A stretch of DNA of 64,000 nt from an uncultured delta proteobacterium (GTDB lineage: Bacteria; Desulfobacterota; Binatia; UBA9968). The stretch's first letter is position 1. Each line of letters begins with the position of its first letter. The stretch is from the NCBI GenBank assembly GCA_963760795.1, contig CAVXEP010000019.1:277313-341312 (forward strand), read 5' to 3'. Positions 32,673-41,998 of the stretch are shown here, in pieces. Made by a program: the position numbers and the translations under genes. Below the pieces are notes generated by a model that worked only from the letters and a program-made list of their open reading frames with translations, did not search any database and had not been told where the DNA came from.

Positions 32673-34232
32673 TCAGCCGCCGACTCGCGCCACGGCGTCG
32701 CCGCGGATATATCCTGGCGGCCGGCCATGTTTGGAGTGAATCTCCAGCCAGCCATCGCGCGAGTTGACGACGTTTACTTTAAGGCCGGCTTCGATCTCGC
32801 CCAGTTGCTGGGCAAACTCTGTAGGCGCGGCGAAGACCCGGGTGCTGCGAGTGACTTCGTAAGTGCCCGCGGCTGCGTCCGGCTGTATTTTGGTTTGTCT
32901 TGCCGGTTGCGCCGCCGCTGTCTCGTCGGCCTTGCCGACCGGGGTCGCCGAAGCGACCGCGTCGCCAGCGCGCTTCAGTTGGACCGGCGTCGGCGCGGCT
33001 TTTTTCTCCGGACCGGCTAGCGCCAACGGTTTGGCGGCATGGATAACCGGCTGCTCGCCGCTCTGGCTCCAGAACAGCGCCGCCATGGCACCGCACACCA
33101 CCAGGGCAATCAAAGCGTGGAAGATACCGAGGCCGCGCTTGGCCTGGGGTGCTAATTCTTCGTTGACGGGGTCGGTACGGACCGATGTCGTCGCGGCAGG
33201 GTGGCTGTCGCTGCCGTCGTTTGACGCCGCCATGTGCAGCAACGCTGCCGGCGCTGCCGTGTCCTGCTCGGATTGGAGATCGAATAATGTCGGCGCGGCA
33301 ATGGTGCCGTCGTGGGACGCCGAGAGAAATTGCGCGAAGGCTTTTAGCTCGCCATGATAGGCGCGTTGATGCTCGATGATCGAGCTTTGTTTGGCGACCA
33401 GCTGATCGAAAACCGGCTGCAGGGCGAGCAGGCGATGCTTGATTTCTTCGCTGGCGGCGATCCGCTCTTGCCATTGAGGAATCTCATCCTCGCGCCGCCG
33501 CAGTGAGTCGCGCAGCTCGCGCTCCAGCTTCTCCGATTCGCGGATGCGCTGCTGCAGAGTGTCGAGCTGGCGGGTGATTTCGGCGCCGGCGCGCAAGTCG
33601 TTTTCCAACTCGGCGATTCTCGCCTGGAGCCTTTGGCTTTCTTCCTGGTGGCTGGCTTCGTTGGCGCTCGCATCGGCCACGGGTGTAGGCGAGTTTTCCA
33701 GTTGGCGAACTTTTGACTGGCTTTTTTCCAATTGCTGTTTCAAATCGATGAGCGCGTTTTCCAACTGCGTCTGCCGTTCGCCGGCGCCACTGTCGACGAC
33801 GCTGGCATTCTGGACTTTAGCTTCGCTCTCCTGCAGCTGGCGGCGCAGCTCTTGCACTCGAGCGTCGAGTTGGGTGTTGGCGCTGCGTAACTGTTCCACC
33901 TGGGCGAGTGTCGTGTCGTTTTCGGCCGCGGGCTTGCCGGTGCGAAGTTCGTCGATGGCCCGGTGGGCGGCTTCCAAATCGTCTTGCAACAAGGCCATTT
34001 CTTTTTTCAGCTCTTGGTTATTGGCGCGCAGGCCGGTGACCTCGGCGCCGTTGCCGCCGGCTTCGCTGCTCGCCGGGGCGGACGCCATTGGGGCGTCTTC
34101 CAAGCGGGTCAAAAGGTCGTTGATTTCGCCGCGTTTTTTCTTGAGCTCTTTCTCGGACGCGACCAAGAATAGGCCGAGCAACAGTACCGTCGCTCCTGAA
34201 AACAATACGATCCAGAGGAACATGCTCTCCAT
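32673..34232 (-). CDS. membrane-anchored coiled-coil protein with C-terminal SH3b-like domain
   Basis: N-terminal TM, long heptad-rich region, second TM, C-terminal KVNVVNSRDGWLEIHSKHGRPPGYI. Confidence 0.8.
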   Translation of the reverse strand: MESMFLWIVLFSGATVLLLGLFLVASEKELKKKRGEINDLLTRLEDAPMASAPASSEAGGNGAEVTGLRANNQELKKEMALLQDDLEAAHRAIDELRTGKPAAENDTTLAQVEQLRSANTQLDARVQELRRQLQESEAKVQNASVVDSGAGERQTQLENALIDLKQQLEKSQSKVRQLENSPTPVADASANEASHQEESQRLQARIAELENDLRAGAEITRQLDTLQQRIRESEKLERELRDSLRRREDEIPQWQERIAASEEIKHRLLALQPVFDQLVAKQSSIIEHQRAYHGELKAFAQFLSASHDGTIAAPTLFDLQSEQDTAAPAALLHMAASNDGSDSHPAATTSVRTDPVNEELAPQAKRGLGIFHALIALVVCGAMAALFWSQSGEQPVIHAAKPLALAGPEKKAAPTPVQLKRAGDAVASATPVGKADETAAAQPARQTKIQPDAAAGTYEVTRSTRVFAAPTEFAQQLGEIEAGLKVNVVNSRDGWLEIHSKHGRPPGYIRGDAVARVGG

Positions 34233-34550
34233 AGCGATCTCCCGTCGAGTTTGAGGCTGAATTTGATGACTGAATAACGCTAAACTCATGCCACTTGACG
34301 CAAGGCTAGTTACCTAGAGACAAGCAAGGTAGTTCCGGAGATCATTCGATACTTTGCCAGACAGTTTTCCGGGTATTCCGGCTGAACAGAGCTGCACAAA
34401 TCGGTGAATCGTTACGAAAACTGTTTAGCTATGTCTGCGTTGGCCGCGGCAGCAGCGCTGGTTCCGAGAAAAAAAACCCGCATCGTCTGGCAGATCGCTG
34501 GCGCTATGAGCGTCGTTGGGCTAAGAAAAATTACCCCAAGATGTCCTTCC

Positions 34551-35972
34551 ATGATCCCGCAATCTCAAACCGCCACGCCGCCAAAGAATCTATCCATCGC
34601 CGAAGAGCGGGCGATCCTTTCGGTGACCTGTCTGGCGGCTTTTCTATTCTTCAACAGTTTTGGCAGCATCAGCGTCGCCCTACCGGCGATTCAGAAACAA
34701 TTTGGCAATAGTTTGCCGGAGATTCAGTGGGTCACGCTGATGGGCGTGGTGACGATCTCCAGCTTGTCGTTCTGTTTCGGCCGTGCCGGCGGTATTCTCG
34801 GCCAGCGCCGGCTCTACAAGATCGGTGTGGCGCTTTATGCCGTCGGCGCCGGCTTGGGCGCGCTGGCGCTGTCGTTTCCACAGCTGCTGATCGCGCGCGC
34901 GGTGATGGCGGTTGGGCTGGCGATGGCGCTGCCGATGTCGACGGCGTTGTTGGCCGGCAGTTTCGCCGCCGCGCGGCGCGGCCAGGTGCTGGGCACCTTC
35001 GCCTCGGCTATCGCCGTCGGGCGCATGTCTGGGCCGACCGTCGGCGGCTTGCTCTTACAAATGGGCGGCTGGACCTGGATCTTCTGGATGAATTTTGTCG
35101 TCGGCTTGGCGGTGACGTTGGCGGTGGTGGAAATTTTTCGCGGCGCCGGCGAGCAACGGCCGGCGAAATTCGACATCTGGGGCTCGTTGGCCTTACTGCT
35201 TGGCTATCCGTCGCTGTTGATCGGCTTGAGTTTTGGCGCCCGCCTCGGTTGGAGTTCGTTGCCGGTGATCGTGTGCTTTGCCGTTGCCACGGTTGGGCTG
35301 GTGGGTTTCGTTGGCATCGAACTGCGCACCGCGAAGCCGTTGGTCGATGTGGCGATTTTTCGCAATAAAATGCTGTCCGCGGCTATCGTCGCGCTGATCC
35401 TCAGTCATATGCTCCACAATCCGATCGCCTTGGCGGCGCCGCTTTATTTGCAAAACGTGCTTGGCGCCAGCGCGGTTGCCGCTGGATTCCTGCTGGCGAT
35501 CTTACCGCTGTCGACGGCGTTGGCGGCGCTGCTGAGCGGTCGCTTGGCCGATCGCTTCGACGCCTCGTCAGTGGCGGCGGTCGGGATCGGTTTAATCGTT
35601 GCCGGCATCGCCAGCTACGCCTGCTTGGGTGTCGACTCCGATTTCGCGTCGGTCGGCGCGGTCTTGGCCTTGCTCGGCGCCGGTATCGGATTTTTTACCC
35701 CGGCCAATCAGAAGCTCGCCTTCGCTTCAGTCGCCAAGGAAGACTACGGCGTGTTGGCGGCGATGTTGAGCTCCTTCGGCACCGCCGCCGGGACCATCGG
35801 CACTACCATAACGGTGGCGCTAATGGAGGTGTCCGGCGGCGACGAGATCTGGCAATCTCAAGCGGTGTTCGCCGGCGCACAGCAATTTGCATTTGCCTGG
35901 TTGGTGCCAATTGGGCTAGTAGCCATATTCATGGCATTGCGTGCTCCATCTCGCGCCGGCGAAATCACTTGA
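34551..35972 (+). CDS. MFS transporter (DHA2/EmrB-QacA-like)
   Basis: VALPAIQKQF, GPTVGGLL, WIFWMN, SGRLADRF; many TM segments. Confidence 0.88.
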   Translation: MIPQSQTATPPKNLSIAEERAILSVTCLAAFLFFNSFGSISVALPAIQKQFGNSLPEIQWVTLMGVVTISSLSFCFGRAGGILGQRRLYKIGVALYAVGAGLGALALSFPQLLIARAVMAVGLAMALPMSTALLAGSFAAARRGQVLGTFASAIAVGRMSGPTVGGLLLQMGGWTWIFWMNFVVGLAVTLAVVEIFRGAGEQRPAKFDIWGSLALLLGYPSLLIGLSFGARLGWSSLPVIVCFAVATVGLVGFVGIELRTAKPLVDVAIFRNKMLSAAIVALILSHMLHNPIALAAPLYLQNVLGASAVAAGFLLAILPLSTALAALLSGRLADRFDASSVAAVGIGLIVAGIASYACLGVDSDFASVGAVLALLGAGIGFFTPANQKLAFASVAKEDYGVLAAMLSSFGTAAGTIGTTITVALMEVSGGDEIWQSQAVFAGAQQFAFAWLVPIGLVAIFMALRAPSRAGEIT

Positions 35973-35992
35973 GCGAACGAAAGGAAGCAAAC

Positions 35993-36950
35993 ATGGTTGT
36001 CGATTTTCAACATCACTATATTCCGGTCGAACTGGCGAAAAAGCGCCGACTCTATTCCGACACGGGTAGAACTTTGTTGCAGGAAGGCGGACTGCCGGCG
36101 ACGACCATTCATCAGCGGCTGTATAACTTGGAGTTGCAACTCAAAGACATGGACGAGGCGGGAGTGAATGTTTCGGTCTTGTCTTGTCTGCTCGGTTGGT
36201 CGGCGCCGCTGGACGAATGCCGCTTCATCAACGACGATTTGGCGGCGATTCAGAAAAAATATCCACGCCACTTCATTGGTTTGGCACAGGCGCCGGTTCT
36301 CGAGGGGAAATCCGCCATCGCCGAACTGCGCCGGGCGCTCGCCGACTTGGGGCTGCGCGGCCTGACGATCACCTCACAGGTGGGCGGTCTCTCCCTTGAT
36401 GCGCTGAAGGTTTACGACTTGTACGAATTGGCCTGCGAGCTCGACGTGCCGGTGTTCGTCCATCCGGCCTTGGTGCCGACCGGCTATGAACATCTCAAGG
36501 ATTACGATCTGCCGCGCGTGTTGGGCCCCGAAGTCGACTTGACCGTGGCAACGACCCGCTTGATCGCCGGCGGAATTTACGACCGTTATCCCAACTTGAA
36601 AATCGTCATGGCCCATTTCGGCGGCGGTATCGCCGCCGTGAAGGACCGGCTGGTGGCTAAGGGTTACCGCTTCGGCACGCTCAAGAAACCCTTCGGCGAA
36701 TATTACGACATGGTGCTATTTCGACATGGCCGGCTTTGAGGGTGGCACCACCGCGCTCAACTGCGCCCTCGAAGGGATCCGTCCCGAGCGTCTAGTTTTC
36801 GCCAGCGACTATCCGCAGGACTTCACCGACGTTAACACCGACACGGGAAAAGGGATGACCGAGCTGCGCAACTATGTCGAAGTGGTGCGCCAGTTGCCGC
36901 TCAGCGAGAAGCACCGCGAAGACATGCTCGGCGGCACGCCAAGTTGTTGA
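35993..36950 (+). CDS. amidohydrolase_2 family protein (frameshift near 36715)
   Basis: VDFQHHY, PVFVHP, AHFGGG, then FASDYP in the next frame. Confidence 0.85.
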
Positions 36951-36981
36951 AGTTTAGTGGCGCCGAGGGATTCCGGTGCGA

Positions 36982-37539
36982 CTATTCGTTTACCGGTTTA
37001 GCCAAACTCGAATCAACGTAGCCGGGTTTGTTGCCGCGCTTGGATTCGACTTTCAACCAGCCTTTTTCTTCATCGACGACGTTGAGCTTGGTGCCTTTAG
37101 CGATATCGGCCAGGGCCGGATAGTGCAGTCCCGGACCGCCGCGCACCTGGGTATCGGTCATCGCTTCGTATCTGCCTTCGACTCGGCGCGCTTCGCCGAA
37201 TTCCGGCTTCTCGTTTCCGCTTTCGCTGGGTTTGACCGCGGCCAATTCGACAAATCCTGGAGCATTGCCTTTCTTTGAGACGATCAGCGCCCAGTCGCCG
37301 TCGCGGCCGACGACATAGACCTTGGCGTTAGCCGGTATATCCGCGATGCCGCGAAACTGTGGGCCGGGGCCAATGCGCACCTTGGCATTTTCTACGGTCA
37401 AATAGGGGCGTGTTTGTTTGTTCAAGTCGGGCAGATCATCAGGGCTCGCGACCTGCTCAGCTTTTTTGCAGGCTGTTACGAGTAAGAGGATCGCCAATGC
37501 GACGGTCCAGCAATTCGATCTTTTGCCGCGAGATTTCAT
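36982..37539 (-). CDS. lipoprotein with two SH3b domains
   Basis: Lipobox-like LVTAC; repeats VRIGPG...PGFV and VRGGPG...PGYV. Confidence 0.8.
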   Translation of the reverse strand: MKSRGKRSNCWTVALAILLLVTACKKAEQVASPDDLPDLNKQTRPYLTVENAKVRIGPGPQFRGIADIPANAKVYVVGRDGDWALIVSKKGNAPGFVELAAVKPSESGNEKPEFGEARRVEGRYEAMTDTQVRGGPGLHYPALADIAKGTKLNVVDEEKGWLKVESKRGNKPGYVDSSLAKPVNE

Positions 37540-37635
37540 GGAATTCCTCCCACACTATATCTACTACTGGAGACTATAACACAATCGACAATCTTGGGTT
37601 GGGGATGCTGCACCGCGTCGGTAAGCATACGGGTT

Positions 37636-38055
37636 TCAGTGAATCTCTTTCCAAACTTTGGCGAGGCTCTCGCCGTACACGCTCAAATCCCACTCGCAGA
37701 AATAACCGAAGGGCGTGGTCCAGACTTGGTAGCCGGTTTCGCCCAAACGTTGCTGCAATGTGCCCATGATAGACTCGGCTAGCTCCGCGGGAGCGGTGAC
37801 GCCGCCAAGATGGGTGAAGGAATGGAGCACGATATTTTTCAACCCGCGCTTGTTGGCAAGCCATTTGATGTGTTTCAAGCTCTGGCGCAGCACCGCGGCG
37901 CTTCTTTCGATGTCGCCGTCGGCGGCTTCGGCGTGGAGAAACACGACGACGGTTTCGCCCACTTCCTGGTCGAGATCTTGATCGGCTACTTCGGGCAGGG
38001 TCTTTGAATGAGTCTTCCAGCGAAAGCGCTTGGCTTGGAAGCAGAGCAACTTCAT
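37636..38055 (-). CDS. standalone archaeal-type threonyl-tRNA synthetase editing-domain protein
   Basis: 139 aa: MKLL, VVVFLHAE, IVLHSFTHL, TPFGY, LSVYGESLAK; resembles the DTD-fold tRNA-Thr_ED family (recognised from memory). Confidence 0.75.
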   Translation of the reverse strand: MKLLCFQAKRFRWKTHSKTLPEVADQDLDQEVGETVVVFLHAEAADGDIERSAAVLRQSLKHIKWLANKRGLKNIVLHSFTHLGGVTAPAELAESIMGTLQQRLGETGYQVWTTPFGYFCEWDLSVYGESLAKVWKEIH

Positions 38056-38058
38056 GAT

Positions 38059-38626
38059 TCAGCCGCGGTCCAAGAAATTCTTTAACAGCTTCTTGCCTTC
38101 TTCGGCAAGGATCGATTCCGGATGAAACTGCACGCCTTCGACCGGGAAAGTCCTATGGCGCACGGCCATGATGACGCCGTCGTCGGTTTGGGCGCTGACG
38201 ACTGAGTTCCGCCGGTAAACTCTGCGGATCGATCACCAGGGAATGATAGCGCATGGCGGCGAAGGGGTTTTTCAAGCCATGGAAAATCGTCTTGGCGTCG
38301 TGGCTTACGTCCGACAGTTTGCCATGCATGATCGACGGCGCGCGGACGATCTTGCCGCCGTAGGCGGCGCCGATGGACTGATGGCCGAGGCAGACGCCGA
38401 GAATCGGCGTCTGCGCGCCGAAGCGCTTGATGACATCGCAGGAAATGCCGGCTTCCTTCGGCGTGCACGGGCCCGGCGAGATGACGATTTTTTCCGGGCG
38501 CAGCGCGGCGATTTCGTCAAGGCTGATTTTGTCGTTGTAGACCACCCGCACCTCGGCGCCGAGCTCGCCCAGATAGTGATACAGGTTGTAGGTGAAGGAA
38601 TCGTAGTTATCGATGAGCAGGATCAT
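38059..38626 (-). CDS. trpG: anthranilate synthase component II (frameshifted near the 3' end)
   Basis: [38 protein letters not shown] in another frame. Confidence 0.93.
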
Positions 38627-40111
38627 CGCTTCCTCCACTGCTCGGCGAGCTCCACGGCGCGCAACATGGCGCGGGCTTTGTTCAAGGTCTCCTGGTATTC
38701 AAGCGCCGGATCGGAATCGGCGACGATGCCGGCGCCGGCGTTGATAAATAATTTCTTGCCTTTCATGACAATGGTGCGGATGACGATGCAGGTGTCGAGA
38801 TTGCCATTATAGCCGAAGTAGCCGATGGCGCCGCCGTAGAGGCTGCGCTTTTGCGGTTCCAGTTCGGCGATGATCTGCATGGCGCGGATCTTCGGCGCGC
38901 CGGAGAGCGTGCCGGCGGGAAAGGCCGAGACGAAAAGATCGAAGGGGGTTTTGTCCTGGGCCAGTTTGCCGCGCACGTTGGAGACGATGTGGATCACATG
39001 GGAATACCGTTCGATGGCCATGAGCTCGTTGACTTCGACGCTGCCGATGGCGGCGACCCGGCCGACATCGTTGCGGCCGAGATCGACCAGCATGATATGC
39101 TCGGCGCGTTCTTTCGGGTCCGCCAGTAGTTCGGCTTCGAGCTCGCGTTCTTCTTCCGCCGTGGCGCCGCGCCTGCGCGTGCCGGCGATGGGGCGAAGCT
39201 CGATGGTATCGCCGGTGAGCCGCACCAGGGTTTCCGGCGACGAGCCGATGACCCGCAGATCGTCCAGCTCCAAGTAATACATGTAGGGCGACGGATTGAC
39301 GAATCTTAGGGCGCGGTAGATTTCAAACGGATCGCTGTCGGTTTCGCTTTCCAGTCTTTGGCACAGCACGGTCTGAATGATGTCGCCGGCTTTGATATAT
39401 TCCTTGGCCCGGTTGACCGCCTGGTGAAATGCTTTTGCGGCTCAAATTGGAGCGGAATTTGCGTTTGCCGCTGGCCGGGCTCAAGTCGCGCGGTTCGATG
39501 CCGCGCGGTTTTTTCTGTAGCGTCGAGATGACCTGATGAATTCGCTTCACCGCGCCGTCGTAGGCCCGGCGCAAATTCTTGCCGGGTTCGATCTGGATGT
39601 TATCGATAACTTTGATGGTGTGCTTCAGATTGTCGAAGGCGATCAGGGTTTGCACGAACAAGAAAAAGATCTCGGGCATGCCGAGCGGGTCTTTCTTGTG
39701 GTTGACGATACCATGAAATTGCTCGACGGCATCGTAGGCGACGTAGCCCAAGGCGCCGCCGAAAAAGGGCGGAACACCGGGCACCGGCACTGGCCGGTAA
39801 TCCTTCAGCAGTTCTTCCAGCGCTTTTAGCGGCGTGTCGGTTTGCCATTTCCTGACCTTGCCGTTGTCGATGATTTCGACTTGGTTGCCGCGCGCTTTGA
39901 AGATCCGCTGCGGCCGGGTGCCGAGAAACGAGTAGCGCGCCCAGCGCTCGCTGCCTTCGACGCTTTCTAAAATGAACGCGTAGCGGTCGCGCTCGAGACG
40001 CTTGAAAAACGACAGCGGCGTTTCCAGATCCATCAGGAGCTCTTGATAGATCGGTACTAAGTTGCCCTGCTTGGCGAGCCGGCAGAATTCTTTGAAGCTT
40101 GGTTGGATCAT
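38623..40111 (-). CDS. trpE: anthranilate synthase component I (frameshifted near 39360-39440)
   Basis: LESVEG..RYSF, NPSPYM, SSPE, PIAGTRRRG, EHIMLVDLGRND, FPAGTLSGAPK. Confidence 0.94.
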
Positions 40112-40123
40112 TGCGGATAAATT

Positions 40124-40158
40124 AAAAGGGCCATAAGTGATTCACCTATGGCCCTTTT
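40124..40158 (-). terminator. attenuator terminator upstream of trpE
   Basis: Minus strand aaaagggccata-ggtgaatcact-tatggccctttt then aattt. Confidence 0.85.
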
Positions 40159-40182
40159 GTCAGGTTAGATCGACGGACGTAT

Positions 40183-40233
40183 TCAGCCATGGTGCTGCTG
40201 CTGGTTCCAATACCAGCGCCGCCAGCAGGCCAA
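40183..40233 (-). promoter_or_regulatory. trpL: trp leader peptide MACWRRWYWNQQQHHG (TTG start)
   Basis: Three Trp codons within 6 codons, stop about 25 nt before the terminator hairpin; GAGA upstream. Confidence 0.75.
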
Positions 40234-40662
40234 ATATTAATTCTCAATGCGCGTCATGACCGGCATAGTGCCGCATAGATGATGAGGCGTCAAGGGCGCT
40301 GCACCGTGTGGCAAGTAAGCGGTTGCGGTTGCCGGGAGCCCCGCTGGGTCGCCCTTGGCCGTCGCGCCAACTCGCCGCGACGCAGCATTCGATAAAAGGA
40401 TTTCACTTCGGTGCAATCGTCACAGCGAAATCGGTCCGGTTTGTCCGCTTCGTCAGGGCCAATTTGCGACATCGGTTGATTATCGATCGATAATTTTACG
40501 ACCAATGACCAGGCATGGACTGGGTTATTACGGCGCTGGGACCTCGCCTCGCATGGTTTGACAAGTTCTGTGGGTTAGCTTAAAACGCCATGTCTGGCCG
40601 GATTATCTCAATGGCTCTGGATGACAGCCGGCAGGCGGTCCTTGTCGGTGCATGGAGGCAAC

Positions 40663-41446
40663 ATGGTTCGGCGCGAGAAAGCTAATTACGTCATTCAATC
40701 GGTGTCCCATGCGCTCGATGTCTTGGAGCAGTTCAGTGGCAACGTCGACGAGATCGGCGTCACCGAACTCAGTAAGCGCTTGAAGCTGCATAAGAACAAC
40801 GTGTTTCGCCTGTTGGCGACCCTCGAAGCGCGCGGCTATATCGAACAGAATAAGTCCTCGGAAAACTATCGCCTGGGACTCAAGTGTCTGCAAGTCGGCC
40901 AGACCTACATTCATCAGATGGGGTTGCTGATGCAGTCTCGGACGATCCTTGAATCGTTGGCGAAATCGACCAGAGAAAGCGTTTATGTCGGTATCCGCAA
41001 GGGCGGCTGTCATCATGCCCCTGGATTTTGTCGAGCCGCAACGTGCCGTGCGGGTGGTGTCGTTCTTGGGCACGGCGTTGCCGGCCCATTGCACGGCGGC
41101 GGGAAAGATTCACTTGGCATTCGAAGCCGACGGCGCGTCTGCGCCAGACCCTCGCCGAACGGCTTGAACGTTTCACCGACAAGACGATCGTCGAGCGCAC
41201 GCGTTTTGGATGAGCATATCGGCGCAGATCGTCTCGACCGGTTACGCCGTCGAGAAAGGTGAGTTTACCGAAGAGGTGAACTCGGTGGCGGTGCCGATCC
41301 GCGACTATACGCGCACGTTGGTCGGCACGCTGGCCGTGGTGGGTCCGAGTCAGCGGCTAATCGATGAGGCGATCGACAATGATATCACGCCGAGCTTGCT
41401 GCGTGCCGGCGATGAGTTGTCGCGCCGTTTGGGCTTTGCTGCGTAA
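40663..41446 (+). CDS. IclR family transcriptional regulator (frameshifted)
   Basis: IQSVSHALDVLE HTH, HCTAAGK, SVAVPIRD in successive frames; GGAGG RBS. Confidence 0.9.
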
Positions 41447-41479
41447 TTGTCTCTGAGCGACAGCGAACTAGGGATAGGC

Positions 41480-41825
41480 TTCACCACGAAGGTCCTAGCG
41501 CGGCGCAGGCGCAACCAAAAGAAAGATTTGGAATCGGATAATTCACCGCAAGAGGCGCAAAGAACGCAAAATTCGGCAAGGACAGCTCACCACGAAGGAC
41601 ACGAAGAGCACGAAGGAAGAGACTTAACTTCCGAACCTTCGTGTCCATCGTGCCTTCGTGGTGAGCACTTCTTATGCCCATGAAGTAGCTACCGTCGAAG
41701 ACGCTAAAATTTACGCCAGCCGCGCAAACTTGCAATGCAGCTATAGCAGTACGAAGGACACGAGGACCTCCTCGGGGCGTAAGATTTTACGCCCCGACAT
41801 TTGGCTTTCTGTCCTTTGTGGTGAA
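41480..41825. repeat. cluster of 9-bp-period cacgaag/cgcaaag repeats forming palindromes
   Basis: caccacgaaggacacgaagagcacgaag ... cttcgtgtccatcgtgccttcgtggtg; cgcaagaggcgcaaagaacgcaaaa; further degenerate copies. Confidence 0.75.
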
Positions 41826-41998
41826 ATTGGGAGTTTTCAATGAGCTTAGGGCTTTAACACAGCCGGCTACGGTCGCGCTAAATTGTGGTGGGGTGGCGGG
41901 GGAGTTGCCGCGCCAGTGATAATTTCTCGCCGAGTATTTTGACAAACTCGTCCTGTCAACGTTAAGTAAGGATTGAAACGGAGGGCGTCTGCACCGCG

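Noticed and set aside
40400-40417. IclR operator-like palindrome atttcacttcggtgcaat
   Set aside because: Single imperfect palindrome about 250 bp from the gene; not distinguishable from chance
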